A stretch of DNA of 64,000 bases, from positions 48,537-112,536 of the forward strand of contig JADBLN010000102.1 of the NCBI GenBank assembly GCA_014894455.1. Reading direction: 5' to 3'. Of the stretch, positions 20,682-30,311 are shown piece by piece. A program made the translations under genes and the position numbers. This DNA comes from Acidobacteriota bacterium (GTDB taxonomy: Bacteria; Acidobacteriota; Aminicenantia; Aminicenantales; Saccharicenantaceae). Position 1 is the stretch's first letter; every line of letters begins with the position of its first letter. The notes under the pieces were generated by a model, which was not told where the DNA came from, ran no database searches, and saw only the letters and a list, made by a program, of their open reading frames with translations.

Positions 20682-22070
20682 TCAAATGCGGCAGGCTTTT
20701 TCGATATCGCCGACCGTCTTCGGGATGGGCGGGCCCAGGACCTTGTGGCCCTTCTCCGTGACCAGGACGTTGTCTTCGATCCGGGCGCCTCCGAAGCCGA
20801 GGTACTTCTCCACCTCGTCGTAGACGATGAAGTCCCGGAATTTCTTTTCCTTGCGCCATTTTTCGACCAGGGCCGGGATGAAGTAAATCCCGGGCTCGAC
20901 GGTCATGACATGGCCGGGCCGGAGTTCCTTGGCCATCCGGAGATAGGCCAGTCCGAACTGGCCGCTCCGCTCGACGGTCTTGTCGTAGCCGATGTTGTTT
21001 TCGCCGAGGTCCTCCATGTCATGGACGTCGAGCCCCATGTTGTGCCCCAGGCCGTGGGGGAAAAAGAGGGCGTGGGCGCCGGCGGCGACGGCCGCTTCGA
21101 CGTCGCCCTTCATGAGGCCCAGGCCCTTGAGTCCGGAGGCCATGACTCGAGCCGTCCTCATGTGAATGTCCTTGAACGTGACCCCGGGCTTCATCGCCCG
21201 GATGGCCGTTTCCTGGCCGGCCAGAACGATCTCGTAGATGTCCTTCTGCCTGCGGTTGAAACGGCCGCCGACCGGGATCGTCCGGGTGATGTCGCAAGCG
21301 TAGGAAAGGGCCGATTCCGCACCGGTGTCGACGACGAGAAGTCTGCCCTTGACGAGCATGTTGCCATGATAGTGGTTGTGGAGCGTCTGACCGTTGATGG
21401 TCACGATGGGCGGGAACGCCAGGCGCAGGCCATGGGACAGGGCGATGCCTTCCATGGCCCCCGAAACCTCCCGCTCATAACGGCCGGGCTTGGCCAGCTG
21501 CATGGCGGCCCGGTACATCTCGTGCGTGACCTCAAGGGCGGACTCGATCTCCCGGATCTCTTCCTTCGACTTGAAGAGCCTCTGAGCGACGACCGCTTTG
21601 ATGAAAGCGGGGGACGCCTTGGCCTTGAGGTCCTTTGTTGGAATGCCCAAAAGGTCGCCGAGTGCGAGGGTCGAATCGGCCCGGTAGGGCGGAAGATAAT
21701 GGACCGGGCGCCCGGCCGCCAGGGCCCGGCGCGCCGTTTCCTCGAAGGCCGCCCGGGGCGCGGTGTGCTTGACGCCGACTTCGAGGGACCGGTCTTTCAT
21801 CTTGGGGAGATGGCCCATCCAGATGATGTCTTCGATGCCGATGTTGTCGCCGAAGAGGACGTCCCTGTTTTCGTCGACGTCGACGACGGCTGCGAGCCCA
21901 GGAGAATCCAGCCCGAAGAAGTAGAGGAAAGAACTGTCCTGCCGGAAATGGAAGGTGTTGGCCGGATAGTTCATCGGGCTTTCCTCGTTCCCAAGGAACA
22001 GGAGCAGGCCGGACCCGACCTCCTTTTTCAGGAGTTTTCGCCTTTGGATGTAGGTTTCGGGCTTAAACAT
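20682..22070 (-). CDS. pepP: Xaa-Pro aminopeptidase (M24B)
   Basis: 462 aa. Creatinase/prolidase N-domain plus M24 metal-binding residues (HGLGHNMGLDVHD, EPGIY). GAGGAGGA RBS. Confidence 0.85.
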   Translation of the reverse strand: MFKPETYIQRRKLLKKEVGSGLLLFLGNEESPMNYPANTFHFRQDSSFLYFFGLDSPGLAAVVDVDENRDVLFGDNIGIEDIIWMGHLPKMKDRSLEVGVKHTAPRAAFEETARRALAAGRPVHYLPPYRADSTLALGDLLGIPTKDLKAKASPAFIKAVVAQRLFKSKEEIREIESALEVTHEMYRAAMQLAKPGRYEREVSGAMEGIALSHGLRLAFPPIVTINGQTLHNHYHGNMLVKGRLLVVDTGAESALSYACDITRTIPVGGRFNRRQKDIYEIVLAGQETAIRAMKPGVTFKDIHMRTARVMASGLKGLGLMKGDVEAAVAAGAHALFFPHGLGHNMGLDVHDMEDLGENNIGYDKTVERSGQFGLAYLRMAKELRPGHVMTVEPGIYFIPALVEKWRKEKKFRDFIVYDEVEKYLGFGGARIEDNVLVTEKGHKVLGPPIPKTVGDIEKACRI

Positions 22071-22204
22071 GTCGTCCTCCTCGTGAAATCATGGAAGTTT
22101 TATAACAGATAACCCGGCGACATTCAACTTCGCGACCCGAATGGGCATTGAAACCTTGTCGGAGCGGTGTTATGCTTAGCCGAAACTTTTTAGAGGAGGA
22201 CGGA

Positions 22205-23611
22205 ATGGGAGGATTTTTCGGGGTCGTCGCCGAGCACGACATCGTCGAGGACCTGTTCTACGGCACGGACTACCACTCGCACCTCGGGACGAAACGCGGC
22301 GGCCTGGCCGTCGGCAACGGGAACGGCATCGTTCGCTACATCCACAACATCGAGAACGCCCAGTTCCGGTCGAAGTTCGGGGAGGACATCGGCAAGCTCC
22401 ACGGGACGCGGGGCATCGGCGTCATCAGCGACTACGAGGACCAGCCACTCCTCATCCGGTCCCACTTGGGGCATTTTTCGATCGCCACGGTCGGCGTCAT
22501 CAAGAACGCCGACGAGCTCGTCGAAAGGGCCTTCCGGGGCAAGTGCCTCCACTTTTCGGAGATGCGCGGCGGCGAGATCAATCCGACCGAGCTCGTGGCC
22601 GCCATCATCAACCAGAAGGACACTTTCGAGGACGGCATCCAGCAAGTCTGGGAGCTCATCAAGGGTTCCTGCTCGATCCTCATCCTGACCGAGGACGGCG
22701 TTCTGGCCGCTAGGGATAAACTTGGCCGCACGCCCATCGCGCTGGGGAAAAAGCCGGGGGCTTTCGCCGCTTCTCTCGAGACCTGCGCTTTCCCGAACCT
22801 GGATTACGAGATCGACCGCTACCTCGGCCCGGGCGAAATAGTTAAAATTACGCCCGACGGGTGCGAGCAAAAGGTCCCGCCCCGGGAAAGGCTCCAGATC
22901 TGCTCTTTCCTCTGGGTCTATTACGGCTATCCCGCCTCGAACTACGAGGGCATCAACGTCGAGATCGTCCGCAACCGGTGCGGGGCGTTGCTGGCCAGGA
23001 ACGACGAGGTCAAGGTCGATCTTGTCGCCGGCATTCCCGACTCGGGCATCGGCCACGGCCTGGGCTACGCGGCCGAGGCGGGCGTCCCCTTCCGCCGGCC
23101 CTTCGTCAAATATACGCCAACCTGGGCCAGGAGCTTCATGCCCCAGAACCAGGACGTCCGCGACCAGGTGGCCCGGATGAAGCTCATCCCCATACGCGAG
23201 ATCATCCAGGGCCGGAAGCTCCTTTTCTGCGAGGACTCGATCGTCCGGGGGACCCAGCTCAAGGACGCCATCCAGCGGCTCTATGATTTTGGGGCCGTCG
23301 AAGTCCACATGCGGCCGGCCTGCCCACCCCTGGCCTACGGCTGCAAGTACCTGAATTTTTCGCGCTCGCGTTCCGAACTCGAACTGGCCGCGCGCAAGGC
23401 CATCGCCGCGCTCGAGGGCCCGGACGCCAAGAACGTCGAGGAATACGCGAAAACCGGTTCGGAGAAGTACGAGGCCATGGTCGGCTGGATCGCTCAGCGG
23501 CTCGGTCTGACGACCCTGCGCTATCAGCGGCTCGAGGACCTGGTCGAGGCCATAGGCCTGCCTAAAGAGAAGCTCTGCACCTTCTGCTGGGACGGCGTCG
23601 GCGTCGATTGA
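22205..23611 (+). CDS. purF: amidophosphoribosyltransferase homolog with degenerate glutamine-amidotransferase domain (Cys1 replaced by Gly)
   Basis: 468 aa from the ATG after AGGAGGA. Colinear with B. subtilis PurF (ETCAF, DLVAGIPDSGI, EDSIVRGTQ PRTase motifs, C-terminal CTFCWDG). The N-terminus is MGGFFGV, not MCGI/CGVFGI, and the HNGNL oxyanion motif is absent. Confidence 0.75.
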   Translation: MGGFFGVVAEHDIVEDLFYGTDYHSHLGTKRGGLAVGNGNGIVRYIHNIENAQFRSKFGEDIGKLHGTRGIGVISDYEDQPLLIRSHLGHFSIATVGVIKNADELVERAFRGKCLHFSEMRGGEINPTELVAAIINQKDTFEDGIQQVWELIKGSCSILILTEDGVLAARDKLGRTPIALGKKPGAFAASLETCAFPNLDYEIDRYLGPGEIVKITPDGCEQKVPPRERLQICSFLWVYYGYPASNYEGINVEIVRNRCGALLARNDEVKVDLVAGIPDSGIGHGLGYAAEAGVPFRRPFVKYTPTWARSFMPQNQDVRDQVARMKLIPIREIIQGRKLLFCEDSIVRGTQLKDAIQRLYDFGAVEVHMRPACPPLAYGCKYLNFSRSRSELELAARKAIAALEGPDAKNVEEYAKTGSEKYEAMVGWIAQRLGLTTLRYQRLEDLVEAIGLPKEKLCTFCWDGVGVD

Positions 23612-23941
23612 GTTATGACTCCGCGAAGCTCCGGCGCCGGGCCTCCGAGCTGGATGTTCACAAGAACAGGTCCCTAACTGGCCGAGTTCGAATCGGGCAG
23701 GTAGGTTCCCGCCTTCTTGATGTACCTCTTGCCCACCTGGTAGAGGTCGAAATCGTTCTTCCCCATTCTCAGCTTCTTTCTCATGTCGTCGTCCATTCGA
23801 AAAACCACGCCTTTTTATCCCCCTCTCAACTTGAATTGTCCTCATGTTAACCTGGAGCAGGCTGGATGTCAATCCGTCGGCATGTTGCGTAGCCGGAGGT
23901 TCCGCTTTATAATAAAATCAGTGAGTTTATGGAGGAAAAAA

Positions 23942-24193
23942 ATGAAACTTCCTAGATCTACGACTGTTTTGATTAACGTGGTTCTCGTACTAATTATCGT
24001 CTTCTTGTTTAAATCATTTATAAGTTTTCCCAAGATGGCCAATGCCGCCTCGCCCGGAGAATACAAAGTTGTACATACAAATCTTGTCCAAGTTGAGACG
24101 ATGCTCAATAATACGGCCAAGGAAGGCTGGAAGTTCGTTAATTGGGGCTTGTGGACCCCGGGTCCAAATGTGACATTAGTATTTGAGCGCTAA
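23942..24193 (+). CDS. small membrane protein with DUF4177-like domain
   Basis: 83 aa. Strong RBS GGAGGA. One N-terminal TM helix, then EYKVVH...EGWKFV...LVFER resembling DUF4177. Lies in an AT-rich segment. Confidence 0.5.
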   Translation: MKLPRSTTVLINVVLVLIIVFLFKSFISFPKMANAASPGEYKVVHTNLVQVETMLNNTAKEGWKFVNWGLWTPGPNVTLVFER

Positions 24194-24370
24194 GGTTATT
24201 CCTAATTATTGCCGATTCGCCGGTAGAACCCTACACATAAAATGATAGACAATTCGTGTGACAATTCTGTGCAGGATAGATTGAATAACGTTAGCGCTTT
24301 GCATTCAGAACGGAAAGATGAACAAAGAGGCAGGCGCCTCGTTCATATTGGGAAAACGTTGATATCAGGA

Positions 24371-24447
<77 letters not shown>

Positions 24448-24525
24448 GTACCGCCGTCATTATATCAAATCCGGACATATTGTCAACGCCGATTCGCCCA
24501 GTCCTCTCCTCGCCTAATTTCCGGC

Positions 24526-24554
24526 TTGACTTTGGCGCCGGGGAAAACTAAATA
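24526..24554 (+). promoter_or_regulatory. sigma-70-type promoter for nuoJKLMN (TTGACT, 17-nt spacer, TAAATA)
   Basis: TTGACT at 24526-24531 and TAAATA at 24549-24554, about 15 nt upstream of the nuoJ ATG. Confidence 0.35.
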
Positions 24555-24568
24555 TAAGGGGAAATTCC

Positions 24569-25066
24569 ATGGTTTGGGTTGTTTTTTTAATCCTCTCTTT
24601 CCTTTGTATCGGCTCGGTCGCGGCCATGATCTTTTCGCGAAACCAAGCCCATAACGCCCTTTTCCTCGTTCTTTCGTTTTCGAGCCTGGGCGGCCTCTTC
24701 GGCCTGCTCGACGCTCCCTTCGCCGCCGCCGTCCAAGTGCTCGTCTACGCCGGGGCCATCATGGTCCTCTTCCTTTTCGCCATCATGATGTTCAACCTCC
24801 GAGGAGAGCTTCCCGCCCGGGTGAAGAAGGCCCGGCTGGCCCTCACGGTCGGGCTGGGGACGGTCCTTCTGGCTGAGCTTCTCCTGGCCGGCCGCAAGCT
24901 CGTCCTCGGGAGCCCGGGGGCCGGGCCAGCCGCCGGCGGCGACACGGCCCGGCTCGGGCACTTCCTTTTCTCAGACTACCTCTACGCGTTCGAGATCACG
25001 TCACTCCTCATCCTCGCCGCCCTCGTCGGCGCGCTGGCACTGGCCGGCAAAAGGGAGGGCTCGTGA
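24569..25066 (+). CDS. nuoJ: NADH-quinone oxidoreductase subunit J
   Basis: 165 aa membrane protein with NuoJ/ND6-like sequence. Confidence 0.85.
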   Translation: MVWVVFLILSFLCIGSVAAMIFSRNQAHNALFLVLSFSSLGGLFGLLDAPFAAAVQVLVYAGAIMVLFLFAIMMFNLRGELPARVKKARLALTVGLGTVLLAELLLAGRKLVLGSPGAGPAAGGDTARLGHFLFSDYLYAFEITSLLILAALVGALALAGKREGS

Positions 25067-25365
25067 TCCCTCCCGCGGCCTTCTTCATCCTGGCCGCCGT
25101 CCTGTTCGTCCTCGGTGTCCTGGCTTTCTTCGTTAAGAAGGACCTGTTGACCCAATTCATGGCCGTCGAGGTCATGCTCAACGCGGGGAATCTCGCCTTT
25201 CTGGCCCTGGCCAAGTCTCTCGGCAAGGCGGAGGGACAGGTCATCGTCCTGTTCGTCATTACCGTGGCCGCAGCAGAGGCCGTCATCGGCCTTGCGATCA
25301 TCGTCCTCATTTTTCGTCAGCGGAAGACCGTCCAAACCGACGAGCTCAAAGACCTGAAGGGTTAG
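25063..25365 (+). CDS. nuoK: NADH-quinone oxidoreductase subunit K
   Basis: 100 aa. NuoK/ND4L-like, with the conserved Glu in the TM2-TM3 region. Confidence 0.85.
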   Translation: MIPPAAFFILAAVLFVLGVLAFFVKKDLLTQFMAVEVMLNAGNLAFLALAKSLGKAEGQVIVLFVITVAAAEAVIGLAIIVLIFRQRKTVQTDELKDLKG

Positions 25366-25366
25366 C

Positions 25367-27265
25367 ATGGCCGAGTTATTTTGGCTGATACCCCTGATAC
25401 CGGGAGCGAGCGCGCTTCTGCTCGTCCTTTTCGGCGCGAAACTTTCCCGGCGTTGGGTAGCCTGGCAGGCTTGCTCGGCCGTCTTCCTGTCGTTCCTTCT
25501 TTCGGCTGTCGCCTTCGTCCATCTCGTCCGGCTTCCTCCCGGTGCGCCCGGCCTGACAAAGACACTCTTAGCCTGGATCTCGAGCGGCCCGTTCGCTTCG
25601 TCCATCGCTTTCGCTTTCGATCACCTGACGGCCGTCATGGCTTTAGTGGTCACGGGGGTCGGCCTCCTCATCCACGTCTATTCGACCGCATACATGGCTG
25701 AAGATAGATCATACGCCCGGTATTTCGCCCATCTCAACCTGTTCACCTTCTTCATGCTCGTTCTGGTCATGGCCTCGGACCTCGTCCTCATGTTCGTCGG
25801 CTGGGAGGGGGTCGGGCTCTGCTCCTATCTCCTGATCGGCTTCTGGTTCGAGCGGCCCGCTGCCGCCAAGGCTGGCATGAAAGCCTTCGTCGTCAACAGG
25901 GTCGGCGACGCGGCCTTCATCATCGGCATCCTCTTCCTCCTGGACAACCTCGGCGGTTCGAGCTTCGCGGCGATCAACGAAGCAGCCGCAAGCGGCCTCC
26001 TCTCTTCCGGGCTCGTGACCCTTGTCGCCATCCTCCTTTTTATCGGGGCGACGGGAAAATCGGCCCAGATCCCCCTCTACGTCTGGCTTCCCGACGCCAT
26101 GGAGGGCCCGACTCCGGTAAGCGCCCTCATCCACGCCGCGACCATGGTCACTGCCGGCGTCTATATGGTCTGCCGCTTGAGCGGGCTCTATGCGGCCTCT
26201 ATCCCCGCCTCGACCGTCGTCGCCTGGATCGGCGCCGCGACAGCCCTATTCGCCGCGACTCTGGCCCTCGTCCAGAACGACATCAAGAAGGTCCTGGCCT
26301 ACTCCACTATCTCCCAGATCGGCTACATGTTCATCGGCTGCGGCGTCGGGGCCTATGCTGCCGGGATGTTCCATCTCGTCACCCACGCCTTCTTCAAGAG
26401 CCTGCTCTTCCTGGCCGCGGGCAGCGTCATCCACGCCCTGGCCGGCGAACAGGACATGCGCCGAATGGGCGGCCTCAGGAAGCATCTCCCGGTGACCTTT
26501 CCCGTATTCCTGGTCGGGGCGCTGGCCATTTCGGGCATCCCGTTCCTCTCCGGTTTCTTCTCCAAGGACGCCATCCTGACGGGCGCGTTCGCCGGCGGAC
26601 AATATGCCCTCTGGGGAGCCGGGCTCCTCGGCACTGTTCTGACGGCGTTCTACATGTTCCGCCTGGTCTACATGATGTTCTACGGAAAGGAGCGGACGGC
26701 CATGGAACCGGGACATTCTATCCACGAATCGCCCCGGGCCATGACCATTCCCCTCGTCATTCTTGCCGCATTCTCGGTCCTGGCCGGATACATTGGGCTG
26801 CCGGTCTTTTTCGGAGAAAAAGCCGACCTTTTCGGCCGTTATCTCGCGAGTTCCGTCAAGTCCGGAAGCCCTCACATAGCCGTTTCCACGGAGGGACTGC
26901 TCGTGCTCCTGGCAACGGTCTCAGCGCTCCTGGGCATCGCCCTGGCATTCGTTTTCTACCGCAGAACGCCCGCCCTTCCATCGCGCCTGGCTTCTCGTTT
27001 TCCCGGTATCTACCGGCTCCTCGTCGGCAAATATTACATCGACGAGGTTTATGACGCCGTCGTCGTCCGGCCCCTTGTCCGGGGGGCCGAAAAGGTCTAT
27101 GAACGTTTCGACCTCAAGGTCATCGACGGCGCGCTCAACAAGTCGGCCGCCGCCGCCGGCCTCGCCGGCAAAGGCTTGAATTTCCTCCAGAGCGGGCTCG
27201 TCCGGGACTACGCCCTGGCCTTTCTCATCGGCGCAATCACCTTCCTGGGGTTCCTGTTGCTATGA
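25367..27265 (+). CDS. nuoL: NADH-quinone oxidoreductase subunit L
   Basis: 632 aa. Antiporter-like subunit with NuoL/ND5 motifs. Confidence 0.9.
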   Translation: MAELFWLIPLIPGASALLLVLFGAKLSRRWVAWQACSAVFLSFLLSAVAFVHLVRLPPGAPGLTKTLLAWISSGPFASSIAFAFDHLTAVMALVVTGVGLLIHVYSTAYMAEDRSYARYFAHLNLFTFFMLVLVMASDLVLMFVGWEGVGLCSYLLIGFWFERPAAAKAGMKAFVVNRVGDAAFIIGILFLLDNLGGSSFAAINEAAASGLLSSGLVTLVAILLFIGATGKSAQIPLYVWLPDAMEGPTPVSALIHAATMVTAGVYMVCRLSGLYAASIPASTVVAWIGAATALFAATLALVQNDIKKVLAYSTISQIGYMFIGCGVGAYAAGMFHLVTHAFFKSLLFLAAGSVIHALAGEQDMRRMGGLRKHLPVTFPVFLVGALAISGIPFLSGFFSKDAILTGAFAGGQYALWGAGLLGTVLTAFYMFRLVYMMFYGKERTAMEPGHSIHESPRAMTIPLVILAAFSVLAGYIGLPVFFGEKADLFGRYLASSVKSGSPHIAVSTEGLLVLLATVSALLGIALAFVFYRRTPALPSRLASRFPGIYRLLVGKYYIDEVYDAVVVRPLVRGAEKVYERFDLKVIDGALNKSAAAAGLAGKGLNFLQSGLVRDYALAFLIGAITFLGFLLL

Positions 27266-28860
27266 ACGCCATGACCGCCAACATCCCGCTCGTGAGCATC
27301 GTCACCTTCCTGCCGCTCGCCGGCGCACTGCTTCTGATTTTTGTCCGCGGCGAATCGGTCAGGGCCGTGCGTGCGGTCGCTTTAGCGGTATCGCTCCTGA
27401 CTTTCGGCCTTTCCCTGCTTCTCTTCTTCGGCTTCGATGGGAAATCCGGACTCCCGGAATTGGTCGAGCATGCGCCTTGGCTCGGGCGCGGCCTCGATTA
27501 TCACGTCGGCGTCGACGGCATCAGTCTCTTCCTCGTCCTTCTCGCGGCTTTCCTCACGCCCCTAGCCCTTCTGTCATCCTGGCGAGCCGTCGACGATCGC
27601 GTCAAGGAGTTCTCGTTCTTCATGCTCGTCCTCGAGACCGGCATGATCGGCGTCTTCGTCTCGCTCAACCTTTTCCTGTTCTACGTCTTCTGGGAGGCCA
27701 TGCTTATCCCGATGTATTTCATCATCGGCATCTGGGGCGGCCGCCGGCGCATATATGCCACCATGAAGTTCGTCCTCTTCACCATGTTCGGAAGCCTTCT
27801 CATGCTGGTCGGCATCTTCGTCCTGTATTCCGCCTACCACCGGGTGACCGGGGGCTTCTCCCTGGCCATCTCCGACCTGGCCGGGCTTAGTCTCTCCCCT
27901 GCCCTCCAGACCTGGCTTTTCCTGGCCTTCGGCTTGGCCTTCGCCGTCAAGGTCCCGCTTTTTCCGCTCCACACCTGGCTTCCGGATGCCCACGTCGAGG
28001 CCCCCACGGCCGGCTCGGTCCTCCTGGCCGCCGTCCTTCTCAAGATGGGGGCCTACGGCTTTCTGCGCTTGGGGATCCCCCTCTTTCCCCAAGCCGCCGC
28101 ATCGTTCGCCCCGGCCCTTTCCATCCTCGCGGTCGTCGGGATCGTCTACGGCGGCCTGATGGCCCTTGTTCAGAAAGACATGAAATCCCTCGTCGCCTAC
28201 TCGAGCGTCAGCCACATGGGCCTCGTCATGCTGGCCGTTTTTTCGCTCAATTTCGTGGCCACTGAAGGAGCGCTCTACCAGATGCTCAGCCACGGCCTGA
28301 GCACGGGCGCTCTTTTCCTCTGTGTCGGGATCCTCTACGAGCGAACGCATACCCGGCTTATCAAGGATTACGGCGGCGCCGCCGCCCGGATGCCCGTCTT
28401 CGCGGCCATATTCCTCGTCGTCCTGCTCGCGTCCGCGGGGCTGCCGGGGCTCAACGGCTTCGTCGGCGAGATCCTGTGCTTCTTCGGCATATTCACCTCG
28501 AACAAGGTCCTGGCGGCGCTCGGTGTTTCGACCGTTATTCTGTCGGCCGCCTATCTTCTCTGGCTCTACCGGCGGGTCATGCACGGCCCGCTCAAGGACC
28601 CGGACAGCCTTCTCCGGGACGTCGACCGGCGGGAGCTCGCCTGCCTGGTTCCGATCGTCCTTTTGATCTTCCTGATGGGCCTTTTCCCGGGGACCGTTCT
28701 GCGAAAGATGGACGCCTCCGTTTCCCGGTATCTCGATTCCCTTCGGACCAAGGCCCCGGTTTCACTGACCTGGAAACCGGCAGCGCGAATAGCCCGTCCG
28801 GCCCGAATTTCCGGCGACACCGCGGGCCCGGCACACCTCGTCGGGGAGACGGAGCGCTAG
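27262..28860 (+). CDS. nuoM: NADH-quinone oxidoreductase subunit M
   Basis: 532 aa. NuoM/ND4-like. Start overlaps the nuoL stop. Confidence 0.9.
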   Translation: MNAMTANIPLVSIVTFLPLAGALLLIFVRGESVRAVRAVALAVSLLTFGLSLLLFFGFDGKSGLPELVEHAPWLGRGLDYHVGVDGISLFLVLLAAFLTPLALLSSWRAVDDRVKEFSFFMLVLETGMIGVFVSLNLFLFYVFWEAMLIPMYFIIGIWGGRRRIYATMKFVLFTMFGSLLMLVGIFVLYSAYHRVTGGFSLAISDLAGLSLSPALQTWLFLAFGLAFAVKVPLFPLHTWLPDAHVEAPTAGSVLLAAVLLKMGAYGFLRLGIPLFPQAAASFAPALSILAVVGIVYGGLMALVQKDMKSLVAYSSVSHMGLVMLAVFSLNFVATEGALYQMLSHGLSTGALFLCVGILYERTHTRLIKDYGGAAARMPVFAAIFLVVLLASAGLPGLNGFVGEILCFFGIFTSNKVLAALGVSTVILSAAYLLWLYRRVMHGPLKDPDSLLRDVDRRELACLVPIVLLIFLMGLFPGTVLRKMDASVSRYLDSLRTKAPVSLTWKPAARIARPARISGDTAGPAHLVGETER

Positions 28861-28861
28861 G

Positions 28862-30295
28862 ATGACGACGTTCATGGCCCTCGCTCCCCTTCTCGCCGTC
28901 GTCTCCGGCGCGCTCGCGGCCCTTCTTTTTGAAGCGTTCCTGAAGCGCAAGGACCACGGGGTGTCCGCGATGGCGGCCATCATTTCTCTCTTCACCGCCG
29001 GGTTCCTCATCGTCCGTTCCTGGGGGCTCGAGCTGGCCTACTTCGGTGGGCGGCTGGCCCTCGATCCGCTCGCCCTCCTGCTCATGGCCGTCTTCGTTCT
29101 GATCGCCACATTTGTCCTGCTGATGAGCCTCGAATACGCCCCTCGCCGGGACATCAACCTCGGCCAGCTCTGCGGCCTGCTGCTCCTGGCCGTGTCGGGC
29201 CTGATGATCATGGTCTCGTCAACGGACTGGCTTGTCGTCTTCCTCGGCCTCGAGGTCCTGTCTGTCGCCTCCTATGCGCTCACCGGCATCAGGCGGAACG
29301 ACTGGGCCTCGTCCGAAGCGGCGGCGAAATACTTCCTCATGGGCAGCTTTGCCGGCGCCTTTTTCGTCTTCGGCCTGGCCATCCTCTTCGGGGCCACGGG
29401 CGATCTGAGCCTCGCAGCCAGCCTCTCCGGCCCCGGCGGCCCGGCGGGCTCCCCGTCCCTCGCCTCGGTGTTCGGATTGGGCCTCATCGTGGTTGCTCTC
29501 TTTTTCAAGATCGCCATCGTTCCTTTCCACATGTGGGCGCCGGACGTCTATCAAGGCGCTCCGACTCCCGTCACCGCCTTCCTGACGATCGCACCCAAGG
29601 CCGCGGGGCTGGTCGTTCTTTTCCGCGTCCTGACCCCCCTCCCGGGCCGCGGCGGGACGCCTTCGCTTCTCATGCAGGCCGTGGCGGTTGCCGCCGTCCT
29701 GACGATGTTCGTGGGGAATCTGGCCGCCTTGAGGCAGAAGGATGTCAAGCGGCTCCTGGCCTATTCGGCCATCGCCCATTCGGGCTATCTCCTCGTCGCC
29801 GTCGTCGCGGGCGACGGGACCGGCCTGGTCTTCTACCTTATCGTCTACATGTTCATGAACGCCGGGGCGTTCGGCGTGTTGGCCGCGCTATCCGGGAGAG
29901 GCGAAGAACATACCTGGTTCGCCGATCTGGCCGGCCTGGGGCGCCAGCATCCCTGGCTCGCCGCGAGCTTGGCCATTTTCCTTTTATCGCTCGCCGGCAT
30001 CCCCCCTACGGCCGGCTTCCTGGCCAAGTTCTATATCTTCAGCGCCGCCGTCGCGCAGGGCCACGTGCTCCTCGCCGTCGCGGCGGTCCTGGCCAGTCTC
30101 ATTGCGGCCGCCTATTACCTGAAGGTCATCGTCGCGATGTATATGCAGGACGCCGAACTCGAGCCGGTCCTCGACCGTGAGAACCCGGCCCTCCACCTGG
30201 TCATCTTCCTCTGCCTTTTTGGGGTGGTCCAGCTCGGGCTATGGCCTGGGAATCTTCTGACTCTGATCCGCCAGGCGTTTATCGCCTTGTTCTAA
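28862..30295 (+). CDS. nuoN: NADH-quinone oxidoreductase subunit N
   Basis: 477 aa. NuoN/ND2-like. Confidence 0.9.
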   Translation: MTTFMALAPLLAVVSGALAALLFEAFLKRKDHGVSAMAAIISLFTAGFLIVRSWGLELAYFGGRLALDPLALLLMAVFVLIATFVLLMSLEYAPRRDINLGQLCGLLLLAVSGLMIMVSSTDWLVVFLGLEVLSVASYALTGIRRNDWASSEAAAKYFLMGSFAGAFFVFGLAILFGATGDLSLAASLSGPGGPAGSPSLASVFGLGLIVVALFFKIAIVPFHMWAPDVYQGAPTPVTAFLTIAPKAAGLVVLFRVLTPLPGRGGTPSLLMQAVAVAAVLTMFVGNLAALRQKDVKRLLAYSAIAHSGYLLVAVVAGDGTGLVFYLIVYMFMNAGAFGVLAALSGRGEEHTWFADLAGLGRQHPWLAASLAIFLLSLAGIPPTAGFLAKFYIFSAAVAQGHVLLAVAAVLASLIAAAYYLKVIVAMYMQDAELEPVLDRENPALHLVIFLCLFGVVQLGLWPGNLLTLIRQAFIALF

Positions 30296-30311
30296 TCCCG
30301 CCTGCTCTCGC

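Noticed and set aside
23661-23690. GAGTTCGAATCGGGCAGG resembling a tRNA T-loop (possible att-site remnant of tRNA-fMet)
   Set aside because: The flanking bases do not form a T-stem and do not match the tRNA-fMet 3' end. Likely coincidence.
22190-23872. 560-aa minus-strand ORF antisense to purF. Similar long antisense ORFs include 8593..10323, 15348..16412, 17423..19216, 18975..20075, 20571..22112, 27574..28584, 36732..38591, 38528..40675, 41683..43296, 44361..45530, 45475..46890, 48958..50034, 55266..57710, 60630..62048.
   Set aside because: Each lies antisense to, or out of frame with, a gene that has strong family-level similarity. Their products are low-complexity R/G/P/A-rich, as expected for antisense high-GC coding DNA. 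They lack RBSs.
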